From a bacterium (GTDB lineage Bacteria; Patescibacteriota; Microgenomatia; UBA1400; UBA12108), in NCBI GenBank assembly GCA_021788365.1, contig JAJYKS010000005.1, positions 14,754 through 78,753 on the forward strand: 64,000 nt of DNA. Direction: 5' to 3'. Of this stretch, positions 25,436 to 33,662 are shown piece after piece. The position numbers were made by a program, and so were the translations under genes. Under the pieces are notes generated by a model. The model saw only the letters and a program-made list of their open reading frames with translations, was not told the DNA's origin and did not search any database. Positions within the stretch are counted from its first letter, which is position 1. Every line of letters begins with the position of its first letter.

Positions 25436-26330
25436 TGTATGGCGGGTCCGAGAGACCGCAGAGAAAATCAGGTTCGACACATCCGAGGGTGGGTGAGTTT
25501 GGGTGTTTTGCCGCCCATTCTTCGAGGCGTGTGTAGAGCCCGTCGATCAAGTCCTGCGGGTTGGAGTGAATATCTCCCAAGGCGCGTATGCCCTCACAAC
25601 ACGCGTTCACCGAGCCGTCGCTCATCAAAGATAATTCGTAGCAACCAAGGCTGCGCGGCGGGAAGACGGCTTTGTTTTCGGCGAGAGATTTTACTTGCGC
25701 TTTTTGGGGGAAGTCGAAACCAGCAATCGTTCCCACTTGGTTGGAGATGGGATGGTTTTCGAGATATGTCATGGGCTTCCGAGGATGGTAGGTAATGTCG
25801 GGGAGCGCCCCCAGTTCTTTGGTAAGCAGTGCCTCAAAGGCGGGGATAAGGGGTATATTCTCGTGCGTTGCGATTGAGTAAACCTCGAGGTGGAAGCCGA
25901 GACTCTGTGCTTTTTTGAGAAAGGTGAGGCTTTTCTCAAAGTTGCCGGCGCCGCGATTCTTGTCGTGGTATTCGGGTAGCCCGTCGAGGGAGACGATGAT
26001 GTTGACACTGTTTGGCGTCGTAAACTCTGCTAGTCGGTCGGCGGTGCCGTTGGTTATAACTTGGATGAAAAGCCCTTGGTCTGTTAGCTTGTTCACGAGG
26101 TTCGGGAAAACGCGGAGAAGCATCACCTCGCCCCCGCAAAAAGTGATCGAGGAGAGGCGATGGACTTTCTGGTATCGGCTCACAAAGTCGAGGATCGCCT
26201 CTGGAGTCAAAATATCACTGCTCTTGACAGTGTAGCAAATTTTGCAGCAGAGGTTGCAGCGCTCGAGGGGGGTCACGTAGAGATGATCGAGGACGGCTTC
26301 GATGTGTGACTGTATTGTGGGTGCGAGCAT
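25428..26330 (-). CDS. Radical SAM enzyme (N-terminal CxxxCxxC at residues ~25-32, Cys-rich C-terminal region); not KamA/EpmB-like
   Basis: From ATG 26330: MLAPTIQSHIEAVLDHLYVTPLERCNLCCKICY...FCGGEVMLL (radical-SAM core) with C-terminal cysteines (CYELS...NACCEG...GCVEPDFLCG). The ATG lies 1 nt after the efp stop (TAA-C-ATG on the minus strand). The ORF track extends to 26384. Confidence 0.7.
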   Translation of the reverse strand: MLAPTIQSHIEAVLDHLYVTPLERCNLCCKICYTVKSSDILTPEAILDFVSRYQKVHRLSSITFCGGEVMLLRVFPNLVNKLTDQGLFIQVITNGTADRLAEFTTPNSVNIIVSLDGLPEYHDKNRGAGNFEKSLTFLKKAQSLGFHLEVYSIATHENIPLIPAFEALLTKELGALPDITYHPRKPMTYLENHPISNQVGTIAGFDFPQKAQVKSLAENKAVFPPRSLGCYELSLMSDGSVNACCEGIRALGDIHSNPQDLIDGLYTRLEEWAAKHPNSPTLGCVEPDFLCGLSDPPYTR

Positions 26331-26331
26331 G

Positions 26332-26895
26332 TTAGGCGCGGCCGACGTAGGTATCAGTCTCGGTGTCGACGATAATTGTCTCACCTTGTTTTACAAAGAG
26401 GGGGGCCAAAACTTCGACACCTCCTTCGACGACAACCGTCTTCTTTGGTGCGTTTACCGTGTTGCCAGCAACGGCTTCCTGGGCTTCGATGACCTTTACC
26501 GTCACTTTCGGGGGGAAACGTACGCCCATGGCCTCACCCTCGTAGAAACTGAAGAACATCTTTGCTTCGGGGAGTAGCCATTTTTGTTTGCCGTCGAAAA
26601 TGGATGCCGGGATCTCGAATTGATCGTAGGTGCGGGGGTCCATAAAGTAATAGATGTCGCCGTCGGCGTAGAGGTACTGCAGCTCGCGTGTCTCGACGTC
26701 GACTACCTCGACGCTGTCGCTACTCTTGTAGGTGTAGTCATAGACGTTGCCGGTTTTGACGTTCTTGAGACGGGTGCGGGCGAAAGCAGATCCCTTGCCG
26801 GGAAAGTAGAACTCGCACTTGAGGACGGCGTGAGGTTGGTTTTTGTACAGCACGAACATGTCGCGCTTTAGTTGGTTGGCTTTAATGCTTGGCAT
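26332..26895 (-). CDS. efp: Elongation factor P
   Basis: 187 aa with three OB-like domains. Modification loop FPGKGSAFARTRLKN carries the Lys of the PGKG motif, i.e. the EpmA-type lysylation target. Confidence 0.95.
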   Translation of the reverse strand: MPSIKANQLKRDMFVLYKNQPHAVLKCEFYFPGKGSAFARTRLKNVKTGNVYDYTYKSSDSVEVVDVETRELQYLYADGDIYYFMDPRTYDQFEIPASIFDGKQKWLLPEAKMFFSFYEGEAMGVRFPPKVTVKVIEAQEAVAGNTVNAPKKTVVVEGGVEVLAPLFVKQGETIIVDTETDTYVGRA

Positions 26896-26948
26896 ACTGC
26901 GAGATTATACCGCTGGTGTACGAGTTTCGGCAATATTATCTACTTATC

Positions 26949-27078
26949 ACGGTTTACCAAATTCCCAAGTGAAAAACCGGTCTGTCTGCGCCTGCTGGCG
27001 CAGCGACCTTATGCTCGCCCAGCCGTTCGCGAGCAGCTGGGCTGCGCAATATTTTTATTGTGAATATTGGTAAACCGT
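26949..27078. repeat. Copy 2 of structured intergenic element (with extra internal helix and perfect 12-bp outer stem)
   Basis: Shares TTCCCAAGTGAAAAACCGGTCTGTCTGCG...GCGCAATATTTTT with copies 1 and 3. Hairpin 1 is CTGCGCC-tgct-GGCGCAG (compensated). Hairpin 2 is replaced by GCCCAGC-cgttcgcgagca-GCTGGGC. Outer stem ACGGTTTACCAA/TTGGTAAACCGT. Lies ~70 nt upstream of efp and overlaps the stop of gene 27078-27653. Confidence 0.75.
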
Positions 27079-27653
27079 TATCTCTCAGCTGTGAGCGTGA
27101 GCCACGTGTCGGAAGTGGTGGAGCAGGCGGCGGGCTGCGTCTGGACTTTGAGGTAATCAAGACCGGAGACGGACTTTAACGTACCTGATCCGGAAATCTG
27201 GGTCTGGGCGATGACTTCCTCACCATTACTCTTCCAGGCCGTCACGTTAGCACTGTAGCCGTCTTTTAGCGAGTACTTGAGGGTGAGGGGTCCGGTTATA
27301 TCCTTAATTTCTGTCATGTAACTTTGTGAGCAGTCACTCGTTTTCACCAGGGTGAGAGTGAGGTGCGTTGTCGTGGTTGTTGTTGTCGTGACAGTACTTG
27401 TGGAGGCACCTTTAACGAGACCACCTTTGGTTGTAGGTACGTAGGTTCGTGCTGGGACATAGGGTGTTGCGGTGGGGGTAGGCGTGGGGGTGGGTGTTGG
27501 AGTTGGGGAGGGGGTCGCTGATACCATGGGCGACGGTGAGGGGGAAGTAAATCTGCTCACGAGTGAGGGGGCAAAGCGTACCGCACCGTAGAGCGCTATC
27601 GCAACAACGAGTACTCCAAAGAAGCCGACGAAGACATATTGTAGTGATTTCAT
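27078..27653 (-). CDS. N-terminally anchored protein with PT-repeat linker (hypothetical, extracellular)
   Basis: N-terminal TM/signal anchor, (PT)n linker, T-rich stretch, and a C-terminal ~110-aa domain with two Cys. Confidence 0.5.
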   Translation of the reverse strand: MKSLQYVFVGFFGVLVVAIALYGAVRFAPSLVSRFTSPSPSPMVSATPSPTPTPTPTPTPTATPYVPARTYVPTTKGGLVKGASTSTVTTTTTTTTHLTLTLVKTSDCSQSYMTEIKDITGPLTLKYSLKDGYSANVTAWKSNGEEVIAQTQISGSGTLKSVSGLDYLKVQTQPAACSTTSDTWLTLTAER

Positions 27654-27708
27654 GTCCTATATTATATACCGTATGGTCAAGTGCGCCAAACTATGCTACG
27701 GTTTATCT

Positions 27709-29136
27709 ATGCAAACTCCGTCGAAACAGTATCTCAAGAAACACTGGAGACCGCTCGCTCTTGTAGTGCTCCTCCTCGTGACGCTCCCGCTCTCACTTCC
27801 CCTGGCGCAGCACGCGTGGGAGTGGGTAACGGGTGCCAGCTATCAGGCGGCAGCGATTGTCGTCGATACCTCACACCAGAACGGGCCGGTGCGTCCTATA
27901 TGGATGGGTGTCGCGCAGGGATTTGAGAAAAAGGAAGGTGAAGATTTTCGTCTCACTGCTACGGTGCCCTATATGCGGGCTGTGGGGGTGAAGTATGTGC
28001 GCATTGACCACCTGTACGATGGGTACGGGGTGGTGTCGCGCGGCGCGGACGGGCGCCTTACCTACAATTGGACCAAGTTGGACGCGATGGTGTCCGATAT
28101 CGTTTCTGCGGGGGCAACGCCATACTTTTCCTTGTCCTACATGCCAGATGTCATATCCCATAGCGACATCCTGGACTATCCCAACAATTGGGGTGAGTGG
28201 GGGCAAGTAGTTGGTGCGACGGTTGCTCACTATAGTCGCGACTACCGTGGGGGATTGCCAAACGTCATCTATGAGGTGTGGAACGAACCGGACCTATTTG
28301 GCGGGTGGAAAGCCTCTTATACTGATAAAAACTATCAGCAACTCTATTCGGTGGCGTCGAATGCGGCAGTATCGGTTCGCGGAGCGAAGCCGTTCCAGAT
28401 AGGCGGCCCGGCTACCACGGGATTTTATACATCTTGGGTAGATGGGTTTTATAACAAACTCGACTCGACCGTTCGTATCGATTTCTTTAGCTGGCACCGC
28501 TACAGTACCGATGTACAGCAATTTGTGTCAGACGTACAGCAGGCACAGCAGCTCATTGCCCCGAAGATATCGAAGGCGCAGAGTATCTACATCTCCGAAT
28601 CGGGCGTGAGCTCGGATAAGGGTTCACAGTACGACGGGCGGTGGGCGGCAGCGCACTACCTGGCGGTAAACCTGGCACTTGAGAATTCTGTTGCGGATAT
28701 GGTAATGCCGTTTGAGGTGATGGATGATGCCAATGGCCAGGGTCAGTTCCACGGTGGGTGGGGTATGCTCACCAATCCGGCGTATGGCGCCGTTGTCCCC
28801 AAGCCGCGATACCGTGCTATGCAGCTACTGTCCCAGATGACGGGGATGCAGCTTCCCCACGTCGGAGATGGGACGTATGTGACGGCACTCGCCGCGCGTG
28901 ATCCATCTGGTGTTGTCCGTGTCCTAGCGGTCAATTATGACCCGTCCGGCACGCACCAGGAGATCTTTCCACTCGCGCTCGCTAATCTTGCGGATGGCGT
29001 CTATACGGTGCAAGAACAATACCTCTCTGGTAGGACAGTGTCGAATGATATATCGATAAGTAGTGGAGTAGCGCTGCAGCGGCAGATTGTCCTCACCCCG
29101 TCCGACGCGGTCCTCGTGACGGTCACCAAGCGATAG
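27709..29136 (+). CDS. Secreted glycoside hydrolase, clan GH-A (GH39/GH5-like)
   Basis: Signal/TM (LALVVLLLVTLPLSLPLA), acid/base motif EVWNEPDL, nucleophile-like ISESGV. Start at internal ATG 27709. Confidence 0.6.
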   Translation: MQTPSKQYLKKHWRPLALVVLLLVTLPLSLPLAQHAWEWVTGASYQAAAIVVDTSHQNGPVRPIWMGVAQGFEKKEGEDFRLTATVPYMRAVGVKYVRIDHLYDGYGVVSRGADGRLTYNWTKLDAMVSDIVSAGATPYFSLSYMPDVISHSDILDYPNNWGEWGQVVGATVAHYSRDYRGGLPNVIYEVWNEPDLFGGWKASYTDKNYQQLYSVASNAAVSVRGAKPFQIGGPATTGFYTSWVDGFYNKLDSTVRIDFFSWHRYSTDVQQFVSDVQQAQQLIAPKISKAQSIYISESGVSSDKGSQYDGRWAAAHYLAVNLALENSVADMVMPFEVMDDANGQGQFHGGWGMLTNPAYGAVVPKPRYRAMQLLSQMTGMQLPHVGDGTYVTALAARDPSGVVRVLAVNYDPSGTHQEIFPLALANLADGVYTVQEQYLSGRTVSNDISISSGVALQRQIVLTPSDAVLVTVTKR

Positions 29137-29150
29137 GCTATACTCAGCCC

Positions 29151-30263
29151 ATGCAACCGACAGATAAAGATTTTCAACTCGCGCGAATTTTTCTCACCCA
29201 TAGTGTGAAGGTGAAGCCAAAAGAGAAAATACTCATCTCTTTGTCGGACGAACAAGGTCTTCGTTTGGGTAAAGCGGTGTATATCGAGGCCTTGAAGCTG
29301 GGGGCGTGGCCGATGGTGGACTTTGACCTGGCCAACATGCAGGGTCGGTCGAATATCGGCGGACTGAACTACCAATTTTTCGCGCTTGCCAACGAATGGC
29401 AGCTCAATTACTTTCCAAAAGAGGTCTTGCAACCTAAGGTGGACTGGGCAGACGCGTTTATCCGGATCGTGACCCAGGATAATCCGCGTGAATTGTCGGG
29501 AATACCGAGCAAAAAGCTCACCGTGCGCAGCAAACAAATCATGCCGATTTTGGACCCCATGATCGATAAAAACCGGTGGGTGCTGACCTATTATCCCACG
29601 CAATCGATGGCGATAGACGCGGACATGAGCTATGACGAGCTTGTCGATTTTTACTACGACGCATGTATCGTGGATTACGGCAAAATGGAGCGGGAGCTGA
29701 AGGCTTTGGAAAAGCTCATGGACGAGGGGAGCGAGATCCACGTGGTGGGAAAGATGACGGATTTATACGTCAATATAAAAGGTCGCCTCGCGGAGGCGTG
29801 CTACGGCGAGGCAAACGTGCCGGACGGAGAATGCTTCCTCGCTCCTGTTACCGACGGCGTCGAAGGTGAAGTGTATTTTGACCTGCCAACACTCGCCAAT
29901 GGGAGAGTAGTGTCCGGTATTCACTTACAGTTTAAAAAAGGTAAGGTAATCTCGGCTCGCGCGGAAGTGGGGGACGAAGCGCTCCAAGCGATGCTCGCCA
30001 CCGACGACGGCGCACGGCACCTCGGCGAATTTGCTGTGGGCGCCAACTATCACGTGACGCGGGCGATGCTCAACACACTTTTCGACGAGAAGATCGGGGG
30101 GACTATTCATATGGCGCTTGGGCGTGCGTATAAATCGGAGCGAGGCGGGGGAGAAAATGAGAGCTCGATACACTGGGATATCGTGAAGGATATGCGACTG
30201 CCGGGGAGTACGCTGACCATCGATGACAAGGTAGTACTAAAGGACGGTATACTTTTGATGTGA
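29151..30263 (+). CDS. Aminopeptidase, M29 (AmpS/PepS) family
   Basis: 370 aa. ECFLAPV...GEVYFD...GGTIHMALGRAY resembles thermophilic-metalloprotease M29 motifs. Confidence 0.7.
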   Translation: MQPTDKDFQLARIFLTHSVKVKPKEKILISLSDEQGLRLGKAVYIEALKLGAWPMVDFDLANMQGRSNIGGLNYQFFALANEWQLNYFPKEVLQPKVDWADAFIRIVTQDNPRELSGIPSKKLTVRSKQIMPILDPMIDKNRWVLTYYPTQSMAIDADMSYDELVDFYYDACIVDYGKMERELKALEKLMDEGSEIHVVGKMTDLYVNIKGRLAEACYGEANVPDGECFLAPVTDGVEGEVYFDLPTLANGRVVSGIHLQFKKGKVISARAEVGDEALQAMLATDDGARHLGEFAVGANYHVTRAMLNTLFDEKIGGTIHMALGRAYKSERGGGENESSIHWDIVKDMRLPGSTLTIDDKVVLKDGILLM

Positions 30264-30283
30264 TATAGCCTATAATAGAAGTC

Positions 30284-30541
30284 ATGGGAGAGCATCAATT
30301 AAATGCAGCACAACAGGCCATAATAGAGAAAGCTCTGGCCCTGTCGCGTGAAGGAGGCGAGCAATGTATTGGCTGCCAGACCATGTATGCGCCTAGAGTA
30401 TGCCATGTATTGGCTATGCTGATTGAAAACAATGCGGCTGGAATGTGGGATCCGACTACGGAAAGGATGATTAAGAGTTGCGCACGCCCAGTTGCACAGG
30501 AACTTGCCCTTCTCTTTCTAGCTGCAGGAGACCAGATTTAA
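30284..30541 (+). CDS. Small Cys-containing hypothetical protein (85 aa)
   Basis: ORF in an otherwise intergenic gap. Its 3' end overlaps the convergent glycosylase gene by 70 nt. Confidence 0.3.
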   Translation: MGEHQLNAAQQAIIEKALALSREGGEQCIGCQTMYAPRVCHVLAMLIENNAAGMWDPTTERMIKSCARPVAQELALLFLAAGDQI

Positions 30542-31376
30542 TTTCCGTAATAAGTTGTTCTTTTTTTAGTTGGGTAATAATGAGATCTAGTTTTTTAGGT
30601 GAAGTATTTAGCTGCTTGTAGAGGATTGATGGGGTTAACGGAGCAGTAGCCAGGACGCGAAGGATTGCGCCGCGGAGCTGGCGCGTAGATCCCTCGAATT
30701 TTGACTGTTTCGCGTAGCTTTTACTTTGGCGGGTGAGGTTGCCGACTGTCGCTTTGAGGTAGGTACCGTAATCCATGAGCGCGCTATACCAGCGGCGCGG
30801 GTTATCGCGATCCATGGTTACTTCTACAAGTGAAAGTATATCTTTGTCCTTTACAGCCGACTTTGCCCCAAAAAAGTGGTGGATGTAGACGGTACGAATA
30901 TTTGTCTCTATGACGGGGAGGGGTAGGTTGTAGGCGAAGGCAAGGATGGCGGCGCCGGTGTACGGGCCGATGCCGGGGAGGGTGGTGATCTCCTCGAGTG
31001 TGCGAGGCAGCTCGCCACCATATTTGTCGACGATCTCGCGCGCGGCGAGGTGGAGGAAACGAGCGCGGCGGTTGTAACCCAGGCCCACCCAGTGGCGGAT
31101 AACGTCACTTTGCGGCGCCTTGGCAAGCGCGGCAGCTGTGGGATATGCGGCTACAAATTCGAGAAATTTGGGGATGACACGTTCTACCTGCGTCTGCTGC
31201 AGCATGATCTCGGAAACCATAATGTGGTAGGGAGAGGTGTCGTGGGTACGCCACGGCAGGGTGTGGCGGCCATGCTCGCGGTAAAAATCGAGAATGGTTT
31301 TTTGGAAATCGGCGACTTTAGTTGGTGAAAGACGCATGAGGGTATTGTAGGGTAGAATGTTTTTATGGCGCAACAT
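30471..31376 (-). CDS. HhH-GPD superfamily DNA glycosylase (MutY/Nth-like) lacking the 4Fe-4S cysteine cluster
   Basis: HhH-GPD motif LTTLPGIGPYTGAAILAFAYNLPLPVIETNIRTV. No C-x6-C-x2-C-x5-C downstream. Confidence 0.7.
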   Translation of the reverse strand: MLRHKNILPYNTLMRLSPTKVADFQKTILDFYREHGRHTLPWRTHDTSPYHIMVSEIMLQQTQVERVIPKFLEFVAAYPTAAALAKAPQSDVIRHWVGLGYNRRARFLHLAAREIVDKYGGELPRTLEEITTLPGIGPYTGAAILAFAYNLPLPVIETNIRTVYIHHFFGAKSAVKDKDILSLVEVTMDRDNPRRWYSALMDYGTYLKATVGNLTRQSKSYAKQSKFEGSTRQLRGAILRVLATAPLTPSILYKQLNTSPKKLDLIITQLKKEQLITEIKSGLLQLEREGQVPVQLGVRNS

Positions 31377-32303
31377 GTTCTACAAGATTTTATCGGGGAG
31401 TACAAAGGGAAAATAGACGCAGCAATTGCGGCGGAATTTAGCAATCGCGAAAAAGAGGTGGCGGCGATATCGACGGAACTCGTAAGCATTGTACAGGCCA
31501 TGCGAGAGCTGTCGGTTGGGGGGAAGCGGCTGCGGGGACTCCTCACTATTTTAGGGTATGAGATCGCCGGTGGAGAGAAAAGTAGTGAGATTGTGAAAGC
31601 TACCGTGGTTATGGAGCTATTTCACCTCGGACTCCTTATTCAAGATGATGTGATGGATCGAGATACCTTGCGCCGCGGTGTGGCGACTATTCACACTCGC
31701 TATACCGATCTTCATATTGGCGAATCGGTTGCGATGTGTGCAGGGGACTTTACGTACGGGTGGGGGATGGAGACCTTAGCAAAGCTCTCGGCCAAAGGCC
31801 GATCCGCCTATGGCGGAAATTTCTCCAATTTTCAAATAACACAAGCGATGGCTGTGTGGGCAAGGTATTTTTACCGAGTTGGCTATGGGCAAGTGCTTGA
31901 TGTAGTGAAGGTAGCTGACGACAAGACGCTGCTTACGATCCTTGCACTTAAGAGTGGTGAATACAGCTGCGCCTTACCACTCCAGTTTGGGGCAGCGCTT
32001 GCCGGAGCAGATGAGAAGACCTTGCAGTTCCTCTATGATTTTGGCATGGAGTTGGGGTGGGTATTCCAGCTGCGGGACGATTGGCTCGGGGAGTATGGGG
32101 ATAGCACTAAGACGGGGAAACCAGTGGGAAACGATTCCAGGGAGGGGAAGCACACCTACGCGACCATGTATGGACGGGAGAAAACGGAGATGGCGATTGC
32201 AGAACACATGGCAAAGGGAAAAGAATTGCTTAGGAGACGGACCTCTAAGTATGGGGAAATAATGAGTGAGTTGCTCACGTGGATGGCGACGAGGGAAGAT
32301 TGA
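31365..32303 (+). CDS. Polyprenyl diphosphate synthase (trans-isoprenyl diphosphate synthase family)
   Basis: First Asp-rich motif LLIQDDVMDRD and second FQLRDDWLGEYGD. Confidence 0.85.
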   Translation: MAQHVLQDFIGEYKGKIDAAIAAEFSNREKEVAAISTELVSIVQAMRELSVGGKRLRGLLTILGYEIAGGEKSSEIVKATVVMELFHLGLLIQDDVMDRDTLRRGVATIHTRYTDLHIGESVAMCAGDFTYGWGMETLAKLSAKGRSAYGGNFSNFQITQAMAVWARYFYRVGYGQVLDVVKVADDKTLLTILALKSGEYSCALPLQFGAALAGADEKTLQFLYDFGMELGWVFQLRDDWLGEYGDSTKTGKPVGNDSREGKHTYATMYGREKTEMAIAEHMAKGKELLRRRTSKYGEIMSELLTWMATRED

Positions 32304-32317
32304 CAAAGGGTACCCAT

Positions 32318-32367
32318 AGGGTCTGACCTGCCCTTCGGGTTGGGCACTTCCGTACAGGTCAGACCCT
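32318..32367 (+). terminator. Long perfect hairpin (13-bp stem) after polyprenyl synthase gene; putative terminator/RNA structure
   Basis: AGGGTCTGACCTG-(24 nt incl. CCCTTCGGG mini-hairpin)-CAGGTCAGACCCT, 15 nt after the stop. A T-rich tract follows 15 nt later, not an immediate U-run. Confidence 0.4.
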
Positions 32368-32535
32368 CTCACCGCTGTGCTATTTTCTCGATTGGGTATT
32401 GCACGTCTTCCGACCTATGTAGTAGAATCGTTTGGTTATGTCGAGAACTTATCGTTTTATCATTTCCGTCAGCCACCTCCTTATTTGGGAGGCAGCGGGT
32501 TTGGTGTAAACGTAAGTTACTTACAAAAGATACAC

Positions 32536-32563
32536 AAACCCGCAGAAGAAGCGGGTTTTTTTG
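32536..32563 (+). terminator. Rho-independent terminator
   Basis: AAACCCGC-agaagaa-GCGGGTTT followed by TTTTTT. Confidence 0.7.
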
Positions 32564-32582
32564 TGGAGAGGAGGTGAATGAA

Positions 32583-32729
32583 ATGACAGGAATGCAAGCT
32601 GAATCTGAACCAACGCAAATACCAAATGGTACCGATATGGACCCAACAGATCCGGGGACTTGGACTAAAGAGGGTTCTGATGGAGGATCTGTGGCGGTTG
32701 AATCCTTGATAGCTATGACAATGTGGTAA
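32583..32729 (+). CDS. Small acidic protein (48 aa), hypothetical
   Basis: Strong SD GGAGGTG 7 nt upstream of ATG 32583; flanked by a terminator upstream and a 12-bp hairpin downstream. MTGMQAESEPTQIPNGTDMDPTDPGTWTKEGSDGGSVAVESLIAMTMW. Confidence 0.4.
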   Translation: MTGMQAESEPTQIPNGTDMDPTDPGTWTKEGSDGGSVAVESLIAMTMW

Positions 32730-32736
32730 TTCTCAA

Positions 32737-32775
32737 ACACCCTCCTCCGAAACGCTTAGGCTTGGAGGAGGGTGT
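32737..32775 (+). terminator. Strong hairpin (12-bp stem) downstream of small ORF
   Basis: ACACCCTCCTCC-gaaacgcttaggctt-GGAGGAGGGTGT. No clean U-run, so function as a terminator is uncertain. Confidence 0.4.
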
Positions 32776-33398
32776 TGCCGCATATTATAAACTTCTTTCT
32801 ACTGTATGATAAATGTGTGAGTAATTTGTATTTGCTTGGTGATACCCAGTGCTTGCGGGAGAAGTGCATCGCGGTCGTGGGGACGCGGCGGGTGTCCGCG
32901 TACGGGGCGCGGGTGACAAAACAATTTACCGAGGGGCTGGTACGAAATGGCTGGTGTATAGTCTCTGGCTTGGCCCGCGGGGTGGATGGGATCGCGCACC
33001 GAACAGCGCTAGCGAATGGGGGTAAAACTATTGCGGTCCTCGCCCATGGGCTGGACTACTGCTACCCGCCGGAGCATGCAGGGCTGAAGGAAGAGATACT
33101 TGCAAAGGGTGGGCTACTGGTTTCGGAGTATGAGAACGGCGTGCGGCCCACGCCGGACAAATTCCGGGCGCGAAACCGAATACTGGTGGCACTGTCACGT
33201 GCGGTACTCGTGACGGCAGCGCCGCACAAGAGTGGGACGAAGATAACCGTGGGCTATGCGGCAGACGCGGGCAAAGATGTGTATGTGGTGCCGGGACCGG
33301 TGGACGATGTTACCTGCAATGGGGCAACGGAGATACTGCGAGACGGAGGAGTGCCGGTCGCGACGGCGAACGATCTAATCGATTTTTTGACTAATTAG
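32772..33398 (+). CDS. dprA: DNA processing protein DprA/Smf (Rossmann-fold core only, short form)
   Basis: IAVVGTRRVSAYGARV...IVSGLARGVDGIAHRTAL...IAVLAHGLDYCYPPEH matches the DprA core. The N-terminal SAM-like domain is absent. Confidence 0.75.
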   Translation: MLPHIINFFLLYDKCVSNLYLLGDTQCLREKCIAVVGTRRVSAYGARVTKQFTEGLVRNGWCIVSGLARGVDGIAHRTALANGGKTIAVLAHGLDYCYPPEHAGLKEEILAKGGLLVSEYENGVRPTPDKFRARNRILVALSRAVLVTAAPHKSGTKITVGYAADAGKDVYVVPGPVDDVTCNGATEILRDGGVPVATANDLIDFLTN

Positions 33399-33662
33399 TG
33401 GTAGTGGTATCGTCTTCCCCGTTTTCGCTTGTGAGTTTATCCATAGCAGTTTGGATTGCAGCGAATGTTGGCTGATTTTTTTTAGCTTTAAGTGGATCGG
33501 ATTCTAGTGACTGGAATAATCGTGCGAGATAACCAACCAATGACTGGGGTGTGGGCTCTCCGTCTGGATATACAAAACCGTCTTTAGATGTTGGCATACC
33601 TGAGGGTTTTATCACTTCGAGACAGAGAGGTCAAGTATAGGATTTGTATTATACTGTGCAGT

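Noticed and set aside
25428-26384. Calling the radical SAM gene epmB (lysine 2,3-aminomutase) because of its position next to efp/epmA
   Set aside because: Its CxxxCxxC sits at residues ~25-32, not ~120, and it lacks the KamA C-R-x-C-x-R-R context and N-terminal domain. Kept as a generic radical SAM enzyme and flagged as a finding.
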